DNA from: Chiloscyllium plagiosum
Taxonomy: Eukaryota
DNA: 32,446 bases
Assembly: GCF_004010195.1 (NCBI RefSeq)
Contig: NC_057756.1
Coordinates: 8,848,921 to 8,881,366 of the forward strand
Direction: 5' to 3'
A program made the position numbers and the translations under genes. Under the pieces are notes generated by a model, which had not been told where the DNA came from, ran no database searches, and saw only the letters and a list, made by a program, of their open reading frames with translations. Shown here one piece after another: positions 1-12,000 of the stretch; positions within the stretch are counted from its first letter, which is position 1; each line of letters begins with the position of its first letter.

Positions 1-1935
1 TTATATAAATGACAGAAAATAGAGGAACCAGCACCGATTCTTCTGGCACTCCACTGGTCACAGGCGTACAGTCTGGAAAACAACCCTCCACTACCACTCT
101 CTGTATTCTACTTTTGAGCCAGTTCTGTATCCAAATGTCCAGTTCTTCCTGTATTCCATGAGGTCTAACCTTGCTAACAAGTCTCCCATGGGTACACTTG
201 TCGAATTTCTTACGGAAGTCCATATAGATCATGTCCTCTGCTCTGCCCTCATCAATCCACGTTGTTACTTCTTCAAAAAACTCGATCAAGTTTGTGAGGC
301 ATGATTTCCCACGCACAAAGCGACGTTGACGATCCTGAACGATTTCTTGCCTTTTTCAATACATGTACATCCTTTCCCTCAGGATTCCCTACAACAACAA
401 GGGCGGCACGGTGGCTCAGTGGTTAGTATTGCTGCCTCACAGCACCAGGATCCCAGGTTAGATTCCATGCTCGGGTGACTTTCTGAGTGGTATTTACACA
501 ATCTCTCCGTGTCTGCATGGGATTCCTCCAGGTGCCCCAGTCTCCTCCCACAGTCCAAAGATATGCAAGTCAGGTGAATTGGCCATGCTAAATTGCCACT
601 AGCGTTAGGTAGTCAGACGGAAATGGGTCTGGGTTGGTAAGTCTTTGCAGGGTCGCTGTGGATTGCTTGGGCCAAAGGGCCTGTTTCCACACTGTAGGAA
701 AAAAATCTAAAACCTTGCCACCCACTAACGTCAGGCTCACTGGTCTATAGTTCGCTGGCTTGTCCTTACCAACCTTCTTAACGTGGCGCCATGTTAACCA
801 ACCTCCAGTCTTCCAGCACCTCACCTGTGACTATTGATGATACAAATATCTCAGCAAGCGGCCCAGCAATCGCTTCTCTAGCTTCACACCGAGTTCTAGA
901 GTACACTTGATCAGATTCTGAGGATTTATCCAGCTTTATGCTTTAAAAGACATCCAGCTCTCCCTCCTCTGTAATATGGACAATTTTCAGGGTGTCACCA
1001 ATAATTTCCCTGCATTCTGAATCTGCTATATCCTTTTGCACAGTACACACTGATGCAAAATACTCGTTTATGATCGCTCCTATTTTCCGCGGCTCCAAAC
1101 AAAGGCTACCTTGCTGATCTTTGAGGGAACTTATTCTATCCCGAGTTACCCTTTTGTCCTTATTGTATTTGTAAAAACCCTTTGGATTCTCCTTAATTCT
1201 ATTTGCCATAGCTGTCTCATGTCCCCTTTTTACCCCCCTGATTTCCCTTGTAAGTGTATTCCTACTGCCCTGATACTATTCTAAGGATTCATTCGATCTA
1301 TCCTGATATATGCTTCCTTCTTTTTCTTAACCAAACCGTCAATTTCTTCAGTCATCCAACATTCCCTATACCTACCAGACTTTCCTTTCACCCTATCAGG
1401 AGAATACTTTCTCTGGACTCTCGTTATCTCATTTCTGCATGTTTCCTATTTTCCAGCCATACCCTGACCAGTGAACATCTGCCTCCAATTAGCTTTTGAA
1501 TGTTATCCCTCATACTGGCAATATTGACCTTTCTCCGATTTAGAACTTTACCTTTCAGATCCGCTCTATCCTTTTCAATCATTGTTTTAAATCTAATAGA
1601 AATATCGTCTCTGGCCCTAAAATGCTCCCCCACTGTCGCGACATCGCCTGTCCTGCCTTATTTTCCAAGAGTAGGTCAGGTTTTGCAACTTCTCGAGAAG
1701 GGACATCCACATATTGAATCAGAAAATGTTCTTGTACACATTTAACAAATGCCTCTCCATCTAAACCCTTAACACTATGACAGTCCCATTCTATGTTTGG
1801 AAAGTAAGAATCTCTTACCATAACCATCATGTTATTCTTACAGATCCCTGAGAGCTCCTTGAAGTTTGTTTCTCAATTTCCCTCTAACTATTATGGGGTC
1901 TATAATACAATAAGAATAGAGTGATCATCCCTTTG
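1..1935 (-). mobile_element. Decayed CR1-clade LINE ORF2 fragment (endonuclease end to RT), interrupted by a SINE at 401-710
   Basis: Minus-strand translations give CR1 motifs: FPNIEWDCHSVKGLDGEAFVKCVQE, RIKENPKGFYKY, KPANYRPVSLTLV, and GVPEESVLVP near position 50. Many stops and frameshifts. Confidence 0.9.
401..710 (+). mobile_element. HE1-like tRNA-derived SINE
   Basis: Starts GGGCGGCACGGTGGCTCAGTGGTTAG. A box at 412-422, B-box-like GGTTAGATTCC at 456-466, CR1-like tail GGGCCAAAGGGCCTGTTTCCACACTGTAG. Confidence 0.9.
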
Positions 1936-2004
1936 ACCTTCAGGTAAACACAAAATGATGATGCTCAGGAGTCAGATAATCCACATTGTAATGTTAACAC
2001 AAGA

Positions 2005-2640
2005 AGAGATTCACTCTGTTTGGATATCTAACTCCGCGCTGCTCCTTTCCTGGGAGTGTTTGATGGGGACAGTGTAGAGGGAGGTTTACACTACATCTAA
2101 TTCCCTGCACTTGGGAGTGGTTCATGTGGGATGGTGTAGGGAACCCTTTACTCTGTTTCTTACTCCCTGTCTTGGAAGTGTTGATGGGCACCGTGTCAAG
2201 GGAGCTTTACTCTGTATCTAAATCCCTGCCCCAGGACTGTTTGATGGGGACAGTGTATAGAGAGCTTTAATGTGTGTAAAGTCCCATGCTGTCAATATCC
2301 CGGGAGTGTTCGATGTACGGACAGTGTAGAGGACGTTTTCCTTTCGATTGATCCCCATGCTGTGACTGTCCTGGGAGTGTATAATGGGTAGAGTACAGTG
2401 GGAGCTGTACTCTGTATCCACCTTCGTGTCCTGGAAGTGTTTGTTTGGGGCAATGTAGAGCGAGTTTAATTCGTTTCAAATGGTATGCTGTTCCTCTCCT
2501 GGGAGTGTTTCTTGTGGAAACAATATCGAACGAACATTCTTTGACATTGTATCATATGCTGTACCATCACTGGGAGTGTTTAATGTTGACAGTGTAAAGG
2601 GAATAAAAACTGATATCCCATGGCCTGTCTTGTCCTATGA
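2005..2640. repeat. Diverged tandem repeat, about 9-10 units of 58-72 bp
   Basis: Core CTGGGAGTGTTTGATGGGGACAGTGTAGAGGGAGCTTTACTCTGTATCTAA recurs near 2051, 2112, 2173, 2233, 2301, 2372, 2431, 2500 and 2572. Confidence 0.85.
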
Positions 2641-3579
2641 GAGCTCTGCAAGTCCGGATCAACTCTCCGTAGCTCCTTGGAAACTGTGAAAATTCAAATG
2701 CACTCCCTAACGCTGTCTATATCGCCGCTGTAAGTAGCGATGAACTCTTCATGTGAGTATTTTCAAGTGTAGACCAATGATACTTATTTTCAGGTCTCGT
2801 GGGAAAAGTCATTTTTAATCTTGCCCGATTGCTCTTTTTAAGTACAATTCGACTCGCTAACTCGACGTCTGAATCCACTGTAAACACAGGACCAAGTTCT
2901 ACTCTTCCTGTGAAAACTCTGTCAATAGAGAACTCTGCTCTGATCCTCCGTGTGAATTTTCTGTATGCATTAATTCATTTTGCGTTGAAAGTAGTTAGTT
3001 AAATTAATCCTCCCAGTGACAGTGGATAATTATGTTAAGTGACTGTGTATTCAGTGTGTCCAACTAACGCCAGTTACACAACCGCCTGTTGATAAGCTTG
3101 GGAGACGTCCACCTCTTCTTGAATTGAGGGCGTCCCTTTCCTCGTGCATGAGCTCTCATTCCTGTTACGCTTGCGACAGTGTTACCACTAGATACTGATG
3201 GAAGGGTCTGCATCAGTTTTATCCAATTCATTCCGATATTTGTGAAAGTGATCAAAATACAGCATATATTTCAGGAGATAAAGAGAATTTACTTCCCGGT
3301 ACTTGCTGCTGTCAGTGTCCACCTTAAGTGCCAACTTACGTTATAATTTCTGTAAAACGTGTTGCTCTCAACTCATAATGTTCTTGTTTCCCATGGATTT
3401 GATATCCATGTTATTCTGTTACACCAGTCTTTGTCACACTATCCACAGAGTAGTGACCACAGCGAATTAGTTTGATTCATGGCTGTCGATCATTATTCGT
3501 AACCGTCCAGCTTCTTGTTGCCACATGGCAAAGAACTACGTTAAATGCTCGGCGAAGGAGTGAGAATTGTGTTAGGGAA

Positions 3580-3695
3580 TCGCCCGAAACGTTGCTGCTC
3601 CTTCTCCTCGGATGCTGCCTGACTTAGTGTGCTTTTTATTCAGCACCACATTCTCGACTCTAATCTCCATCTTCTGCAGTTCCCATGTTCTCCTA
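3580..3695 (+). mobile_element. Penelope-like element terminal-repeat fragment
   Basis: GCCCGAAACGTT...CTCCTCGGATGCTGCCTGAC...CAGCACCACATTCTCGACTC. It matches 24258-24293, and an inverted copy lies at 4690-4750. Confidence 0.7.
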
Positions 3696-4679
3696 TCAAT
3701 CTTCAGCGAATATTACTTAACAGCTATTCTTGCTCTCTAGATGTAACATGACGTATCTCCTCTGGCCAGAACTCAGCATAAATGTAAAATGCCTGATATC
3801 GCTTCAAGTCAGGATGTAAAGTGTGGCTTGGTGTTAAGTTTGCATTCATCATGCTCCATTGTATCTGATGTCCTTGTTCTATGTTGTACAATTTGAAGTC
3901 AACACGAGCTCAGTTGCATTAGCCGACGTTACCCACATGTGTGTACACGACATGTTTTTAACCTGAAAGCGCAACAATGATTTGGAATGCCTCGTATTTG
4001 GAGCCTGGGAAAATGACAGCCTTGCATCGTGTTGCTGTGGAAATGTGCATCAGTGGTGGAGAAAATAGGTGCTGTCGTTGGGAGTCTGCTAACTCCTGAA
4101 TCTTTTGGCGTAACCTCTTTTACCTTCACTTTTCAATTGTCTAAGTGAGAATTGTGAGCCTGCCCATTTGGCAGTGTGCTCTCTCCAGATGTGTGAATCG
4201 CCACCACGTGGCCAGGGTGATGGCAGATTTCCTGGTGGTTATCCTTGATCTGATACTATTGCTATTCTTTAGCCAGATCACTTCATTTTCCTGGAGGATA
4301 GAGATGTGTGTAATATTCACGCTGCACTCCTTTATGCATCAACTAACTTCTGTTTGGTTCATTCTCGCGTTCATATTCGGTTGAGTTGTGGCCAGTTGTT
4401 GCCAGACGTTGAAAACTAAATATTGTCATGAGAAGATGGCAGTAGTATTTCTCGAAACAATGACTGTGCTGAGTTGCTTAAATAGTATGACTTGGCATTT
4501 TATTCATTACAAAATTTATCGTATTCTGATTGTGCATATGTTTTGAGGTCGGAATCTACACAATTATTCATTGTTGTTGGTGGCAATTGAATCCCTTCAC
4601 TGCATTTCACACCCAATGTTCCATTTGGGCTGATCTTTTGCTCGATATTTTCACTGTCAGATAAATTTTATTTAGCAGG

Positions 4680-5134
4680 AGAAAATGATATCTAGAGATG
4701 CTGGAAATCTGAGTCGAGATGTGGTGCTGGAAAAGCACCACAGGTCATGCAGAAGAAGAAATGGTCAATGTCACAACACAGGATTCCATGAGTTTAGTGG
4801 GATTCAGGTTAGGTCTTTGCTGAGGACTGATCGTTCATCCTCAGTAAGGGGACAGTCCCGGGGAATGGCGAGGAGAACATCCGTTGGTGACGTCACTCAC
4901 GACCTATTACCACACCCATTCTAGTAACAATCTGAACCGCCACTCCCAGCTCCAGGCCCATACCATCTCCGAACTCCCAGCTCTGGTATGTTTTTACCAT
5001 TCTGCCAGACGCCCACTTACTGAGGATGAATGTTCTGTTCTCAGCACATGCCTCACCTTTGTCCCAGTATGCTCCTTGATTAATGCATTTGACTTGTCTT
5101 GTGACCTTGAACATTTCTTCCACTGCCACCTCCT
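4680..5134. mobile_element. Penelope-like element fragments in both orientations
   Basis: Plus strand: PLTEDECSVLSTCLTFVP...INAF...DLEHFF. Minus strand 4795-4875: PLTEDERSVLSKDLT. Both resemble the LSKGLxFxP pre-RT motif of Penelope-like ORFs. Confidence 0.7.
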
Positions 5135-5634
5135 NNNNNNNNNNNNNNNNNNNNNNNNNNNNNNNNNNNNNNNNNNNNNNNNNNNNNNNNNNNNNNNNNN
5201 NNNNNNNNNNNNNNNNNNNNNNNNNNNNNNNNNNNNNNNNNNNNNNNNNNNNNNNNNNNNNNNNNNNNNNNNNNNNNNNNNNNNNNNNNNNNNNNNNNNN
5301 NNNNNNNNNNNNNNNNNNNNNNNNNNNNNNNNNNNNNNNNNNNNNNNNNNNNNNNNNNNNNNNNNNNNNNNNNNNNNNNNNNNNNNNNNNNNNNNNNNNN
5401 NNNNNNNNNNNNNNNNNNNNNNNNNNNNNNNNNNNNNNNNNNNNNNNNNNNNNNNNNNNNNNNNNNNNNNNNNNNNNNNNNNNNNNNNNNNNNNNNNNNN
5501 NNNNNNNNNNNNNNNNNNNNNNNNNNNNNNNNNNNNNNNNNNNNNNNNNNNNNNNNNNNNNNNNNNNNNNNNNNNNNNNNNNNNNNNNNNNNNNNNNNNN
5601 NNNNNNNNNNNNNNNNNNNNNNNNNNNNNNNNNN

Positions 5635-6026
5635 AATCAGAGAGCGGTCTCACTGACCAATCAGGAGCCAGTCTCAGCGGCGGAATATTTAAAGTCCCCG
5701 AGGACCCACCTGTTTATTCCCCTGACTCCGTGATCCCGGATCCGCAAGATCACCCCCCTCGCCTTCCCGGGATCACCCCCCCCCTCGCCTTCCCGGGATC
5801 ACCCCCCTCGCCTTCCCGGGATCACTCCCCTCGCCTTCCCGGGATCACTCCCCTCTCCCCAGCATCCTGACCCGTGTCCGGAATCCACAGGATCGCTCTC
5901 CCTCTCCACGGGGTGTAGACGCGGGTCCGTGATCCGCCCGATCAGCACGCCCTCTCCCCACCTCACCTCCCCGGGACCCCATCCCGAGTCTGGTTCGTCA
6001 CTCTCATCCTTAATCTGGCCGCGGAA
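5635..6026 (+). promoter_or_regulatory. CpG-rich promoter and 5' UTR of gene 1
   Basis: CCAATCAG at 5657-5664, a probable second copy cut by the gap (AATCAG 5635-5640), TATTTAAA at 5686-5693, and high CpG density up to the ATG at 6027. Confidence 0.65.
5748..5855. repeat. 23-26 bp minisatellite, about 4.5 copies
   Basis: Unit GATCAC(C/T)CCCCTCGCCTTCCCGG starting at 5748, 5771, 5797, 5820 and 5843. Confidence 0.95.
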
Positions 6027-6047
6027 ATGGCTGGAGAGGAGCAACAG
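6027..6047 (+). CDS. Gene 1 exon 1 coding part (MAGEEQQ)
   Basis: Good Kozak context GAAATGG. Donor CAG|GTACTG is phase 0 and matches exon 2. A different first exon hidden in gap 6187-7164 cannot be excluded. Confidence 0.65.
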
Positions 6048-9000
6048 GTACTGACTGAGGGTGGAGGGAGGGAGGGAGGTGCAAGGGGGAGAGGGTGGAG
6101 GGAGGGAGGTGCAAGGGGGAGAGGGTGGAGGGAGGGAGGTGCAAGGGGGAGAGGGTCGAGGGAGGGAGGTGCAAGGGGGAGAGGGTNNNNNNNNNNNNNN
6201 NNNNNNNNNNNNNNNNNNNNNNNNNNNNNNNNNNNNNNNNNNNNNNNNNNNNNNNNNNNNNNNNNNNNNNNNNNNNNNNNNNNNNNNNNNNNNNNNNNNN
6301 NNNNNNNNNNNNNNNNNNNNNNNNNNNNNNNNNNNNNNNNNNNNNNNNNNNNNNNNNNNNNNNNNNNNNNNNNNNNNNNNNNNNNNNNNNNNNNNNNNNN
6401 NNNNNNNNNNNNNNNNNNNNNNNNNNNNNNNNNNNNNNNNNNNNNNNNNNNNNNNNNNNNNNNNNNNNNNNNNNNNNNNNNNNNNNNNNNNNNNNNNNNN
6501 NNNNNNNNNNNNNNNNNNNNNNNNNNNNNNNNNNNNNNNNNNNNNNNNNNNNNNNNNNNNNNNNNNNNNNNNNNNNNNNNNNNNNNNNNNNNNNNNNNNN
6601 NNNNNNNNNNNNNNNNNNNNNNNNNNNNNNNNNNNNNNNNNNNNNNNNNNNNNNNNNNNNNNNNNNNNNNNNNNNNNNNNNNNNNNNNNNNNNNNNNNNN
6701 NNNNNNNNNNNNNNNNNNNNNNNNNNNNNNNNNNNNNNNNNNNNNNNNNNNNNNNNNNNNNNNNNNNNNNNNNNNNNNNNNNNNNNNNNNNNNNNNNNNN
6801 NNNNNNNNNNNNNNNNNNNNNNNNNNNNNNNNNNNNNNNNNNNNNNNNNNNNNNNNNNNNNNNNNNNNNNNNNNNNNNNNNNNNNNNNNNNNNNNNNNNN
6901 NNNNNNNNNNNNNNNNNNNNNNNNNNNNNNNNNNNNNNNNNNNNNNNNNNNNNNNNNNNNNNNNNNNNNNNNNNNNNNNNNNNNNNNNNNNNNNNNNNNN
7001 NNNNNNNNNNNNNNNNNNNNNNNNNNNNNNNNNNNNNNNNNNNNNNNNNNNNNNNNNNNNNNNNNNNNNNNNNNNNNNNNNNNNNNNNNNNNNNNNNNNN
7101 NNNNNNNNNNNNNNNNNNNNNNNNNNNNNNNNNNNNNNNNNNNNNNNNNNNNNNNNNNNNNNNNAGGGGGAGAGGGAGGGAGGGGGGTGCCAGGGGGAGA
7201 GGGTGGAGGGAGGGAGGGTGCCAGGGGAGGAGGGAGGGGGGTGCCAGGGGGAGAGGGTGGAGGGAGGGAGGGTGCCAGGGGAGGAGGGAGGGGGGTGCCA
7301 GGGGGAGAGGGTGGAGGGAGGGAGGGTGCCAGGGGAGGAGGGAGGGGGGTGCCAGGGGGAGAGGGTGGAGGGAGGGAGGGTGCCAGGGGAGGAGGGAGGG
7401 GGGTGCCAGGGGGAGAGGGTGGAGGGAGGGAGGGTGCCAGGGGAGGAGGGAGGGGGGTGCCAGGGGGAGAGTGGACATGGCGATTGGGAGAAGAGAGAAA
7501 GGATGGGGGTAGGGAGGAGGGGAGAGGTCTGTACATGGAGGGTGCAAGGAGGGGGTACAAAGAAGAATCGGTTATAAAGGGACTCACTGTGTTTTCTTGT
7601 TGCAGGGACCCAGCTCACAGAAACTCCTCCCCCTGCTGCTGCTGCTGCTAAATGTTGTTGCTGCTGTTTCAGGTCAGTGCTGTGAGTGCTGGAACATTTC
7701 AGCAGTGATCAAAGGCTGGGGGTGAGGGGGAATCAGAAATTTCTCTTGCTTTAAGGTGCTGTGTGGGCTGCAAGTGGACCCACTGAGGGAGTGGGACATA
7801 GTAGGTTCACAATACACACTGTGATCATGAGAGGGAGCTGAAAGGAAGGCACTTAATGTCTTCAGATCAACCCCTGGGATGGGCACAGTGGCATCTGGAC
7901 CCTGAGCAACATGTGGTGACGGAGGGATGGGACAGTTTGGTATTGTGGGATTGGGATTGAGTACTAAGCACTGGGTTCAGGCGTATGAGAATTTTTACAA
8001 TCCCCTCTGTTAACATCTTAAAGATGTCAATCACATCACCTCAATCTTTTGAAGTTCTAGAGAAAAGACATAATTTGTGTAATCTCTTTTATACTTTAAC
8101 CCCTGGGTCCTGGTATCATTCTTGTAAACCGATCATTTGTATTCTTTCCAAGGCCAGTCTATCCTTCCTACGTTGCGGGTCCCAGATCTGCTCACAGTAT
8201 TCCAAGTGGGGTCTAAGCATAATGACTGCATCCGTGTACTCCAGTCCTCTGGATTTAAAGACTAGAGCTCCATTACTTCTCATTATTTCCTGTTCTTGCC
8301 ATTTTAAATATCTATCCACTTGAACCCCCAAGTCTCTTTGGATAATTACTGTATTTGACTTCCCACCATCTAGATAGTCCCCGACCAGTCTTTCCTCAGT
8401 CCAGCAGGGGAGGTGCCAAGTGTGACAGATTAATGGTGGAGGGAAAGAAGATTGGTTTCAGGAGGTGGGGAGTGACACCTTTTGTAGAATGGGTTATTTT
8501 GTCTGTTTGAGTTGGTGGCTATTTATTTTAATCCACAAACCAAATCAGTTACTCCTAAATCGCCACCTATCACAGTATCTAATTTTATTTTGAAGTAATT
8601 TGTAAGTGCAGATTATAATTTTAGAAGCTGTGAATAGGACTGGGTATGGGATTGGGATATAACGTAGTAGCAGTGAATACTGGACAAATTCTATCAATCT
8701 TTTCCAGGTGACTCGCCTGTCCCAGTTTCTGGGTTCCTTGGGGAGCAGGTTGTGCTGCCCTGTACCTACAAAGGGAATGTCCCAGTCTCTGATTTACTGG
8801 TTATCTGGGGAACACTCAAATATGAATTTTTACACAAGTTTGTCAATGGGAGTGATGACTTAAGGGAACAAGACCCACGATTCAGAAGCAGAACAAACCT
8901 GTTTAAAGATCAACTGGAACAAGGCAACTGGTCAGTTCTGATCACTGACCTCCGGGAGACAGACCAGGAGGAGTATGACTGTCAGATTTACAGCAAGATG

Positions 9001-12000
9001 GGAGATCAACTTCACTGGGAGAAAGTTGTTCAAGTCAATCTCTCTGTGACAGGTGAGAGGTCTATATTTCAGCTATTGTTTCATCTCTTACTTGAGATGG
9101 CACATTCATTGTTAATTGACTAGTCTAGAGTATTTGAACATTTCTGCAGTTTGTTTCACACACCGTACTAAACACATGATGTTTTCTTTAGAGCGAGCTC
9201 CTACACCTGGACCGAACACACCTGTACTAGGTAAGTCTGTTTCTAAACTACAGAATGTGCTTTCAGCTCTTACATTGAATCATGCTGGATAGACAGGGAG
9301 GAAGGTTGGAAATTTTGAAATGCTTTGTGATATTTTATCAAAGAATGAATGAGTGGTGTGGGTCACTGTGACCTGGAACTGGTCCTTAAACTCCCTCGAA
9401 TTGTTCTTTGTTTCTGAGACTCCCCTTCGTGTCCCTCAGATACAGAACTCTGAGAATCCCTGCTTCCATTAGCATTAGTGTTTCTGGAATTCTGTGCGGA
9501 GAGTCTCTGTTCTGTGTGAACGAGACCCTCCTGTTGGGAAACTGGGATTGGGAGTGAAGACAGTGTAGAGTAATATTGATCCAGGTGTAACCTGGCCTTC
9601 CACCTCGTCCAAAGGAGAAAGGGAATTTTCTCATGTTGAGGTTTACTTGGTTCCATGTGGCTGTGCTGTTTCCAGTTTTTAGTGTTGAGTACACTGTAAG
9701 GAAATTGTCATTATAAATACTACAAATCTGAGCTTTACACTTTCCTCAGAAAGGAAAGCAGAGTTATAGATCAGAGCTTCTTCAAAATCAGATATTGATG
9801 TTTTAGATCTTCAAGTCAGTTTATTCAATAGAAACCTGGAAATAGAAAATTATTCCCAATAAAAGTGACCATGAAGTTGTTGGATTGCTGTAAAACCCCA
9901 ACTAGTTCCCTCGTGTCCCTTTAGGGAAGGAAACCTGCTGTCCTTACCCGGTCTGATCTGTGACTCCAGTCCCACGTTAACCTGGGGGAGGTTTAACTGC
10001 CCTGTTTGATGTGCTCAGACAATTAATCAGTTTGTACGAAACCCCTAGACAGGAAAATCCACAATATAACTGAATGGGCTCCTGGGCCTGGCCAAACTGG
10101 CCATAAACAGATCCAGGCGGTGGAGGGGGTCGTTAGGGCCGACTGCCTGCCCCTCTTCCGTGGTTACGTTAGAGCCCAGGTGTCTCTGGTGAAGGAGCAC
10201 GCGGTGTCCACCAACACCCTTGAGGTATTCAGGGAGAGGTGGGCGCCGCAGGGAGTGGAGTGCATTATTTCCCCCTCCAACTCTATTTTGAATTAATCCC
10301 TGCCCTCCCCTTCACTGTTTGATCACACAACATTGCCCTTTGATGTGAAGGGCACTGCTTGTCACTGGCCACTCGGGTGTTTCCTTTCTTCCTGGTGGTG
10401 GAAACTGAATAAAGATTTGTGCACCTTGTGTCTTTCACTGTGTCTCACACCTGCACACACACATGAGTGCTGGGGAAAAAAAAGCACTACCGCAGTTAGG
10501 CAGTAGTATGGGGAAAACATAAAAAAACAAATTAAAAACAAAACTGAATGTGAGCCAGGCATCGAGTCAGGACACAGCAATGACACAGCCAGCCCAGCTG
10601 ACCCTGCAAAGTCCCTCTCACTAACATCTGGGGACTAGAGTCCAATTTGGGAGACTGTGGGACAAAGTCACACTGACAGAAATAACACAACACCCCAGAC
10701 TCTCCGATCACCATCCCTGGGTATGTCCTGTTCCACCAGGGGTGAGGGCACAGTGAGATACAGTTTGGAGGGAGTGACCCTGGATTAAAGGCAGTGCAGT
10801 ATAACATTGAACATTGTTGAAACACTTGCTTTTCAACGCTGTCAACTTCTCCATAGGAAAATCATCAAATTAAAATCATTTCAACAGCTGTTGTATTTAA
10901 TTGACGGGAAACTGCTGCTGGTCAGTGTCCAGTTCTCTCTATTGGAAAGCATGTATCCATCCCGTTGTGTGTGTGTGCGCGCGTGTGTGTGTGGGATGGT
11001 CTGGTGTGTGAGAGATTATTAGGATCTAACCTCCCACATTCCTCCAGGACTAGAATTAACCAGGGATCTGTTTGTCCTGGGGCTGGTTCTGAAACACGAG
11101 GTGCTGAAGGTCTCTGCTGTTAGTTTTGTTTGTGTGTCCCAGTCTGTTAATGGCTTCATTCTGTCTCTAGGTCCTGGACTCGCCACTGGAGCAAGAGTTG
11201 GATTGGGAATCGGGATTGTTGCTGGGATTGTTGCTATTGTTGTAGTTGGTGGAATTATGGGTTACATCATCCTAGAGCGACAAAGATGGTGAGTTCTGGA
11301 ATTTCCTATTTAATCCTTTGATCTTTGTATAACATTGTGTGAAATGTTGCTGAGCTCTGTCCCTGCCCATTCCCTGAGCTGTGAGGATGCTTCAATGCAG
11401 CCTGTCATTGAGCAGCAGCATCCAGTCACTTCCAGTTTGTCATCCTCTCGCTGCTGAACAGTCCCTGTAGATTGGAAAGGAGCAAATATTATCCCACTGG
11501 AGAACCCGAGGATGGGGCATATATTGGGAATTTCAGAAGGGGCCACACAATAGGTCATTGTACAAGATGAGGGCTCAGGGGATTGGGGGGTAATATAGCA
11601 TGGATTGTGGATTGATTAATGGACAGGAACAGAGCAAGAACAAATGGGTCATTGTCAGTTGTCAGGATGTAACTGGTGCTGCAAGGATCAGTGCTGGGAC
11701 CTCAGTGACTCACAATCTATATCAGTGACTGAGATGGGGGGATAGAGTGGGATTGTCCCAGTTTGCTGCTGATACAAAGCTCAGTGGGAAAGTAAGCTGT
11801 GAGGAAGATACAGAGGCAAACAGGGATATGCTGGAGAAATTTTTGGGACATTAATGGTGGGGTCGGTGGACAATAAAGTGTGAAGTGTGAAGTATCCACT
11901 TTGGAAAAAATGGTGTTTTAGTGTGAAAGGCTAGTGAATGTAATTCAGGAATTTGTAGATAAATCACCAACTTAACATGTATGAAATGAGGGAGGGAGAT

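Noticed and set aside
401-480. tRNA genes at A/B-box sequences (also near 16050, 20720, 29020 and 32140)
   Set aside because: These are SINE heads attached to SINE bodies, with no full cloverleaf.
2005-2640. Regularly spaced repeats resembling a CRISPR array
   Set aside because: Whole units are homologous with no unique spacers, there are no cas genes, and the context is eukaryotic.
2650-3560. Possible decayed Gypsy protease/pol remnant on the minus strand (LKVDTDS near 3320)
   Set aside because: A single degenerate motif with no sustained frame. It needs a profile search.
4884-7651. Long ORFs of 200-580 aa in the ORF track
   Set aside because: Artefacts of N runs and stop-free G/C-rich minisatellites.
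9231-11170. A hidden IgC exon for gene 1
   Set aside because: No frame with C-domain Cys/Trp spacing and splice sites. The interval is largely LINE/Tx1 debris.
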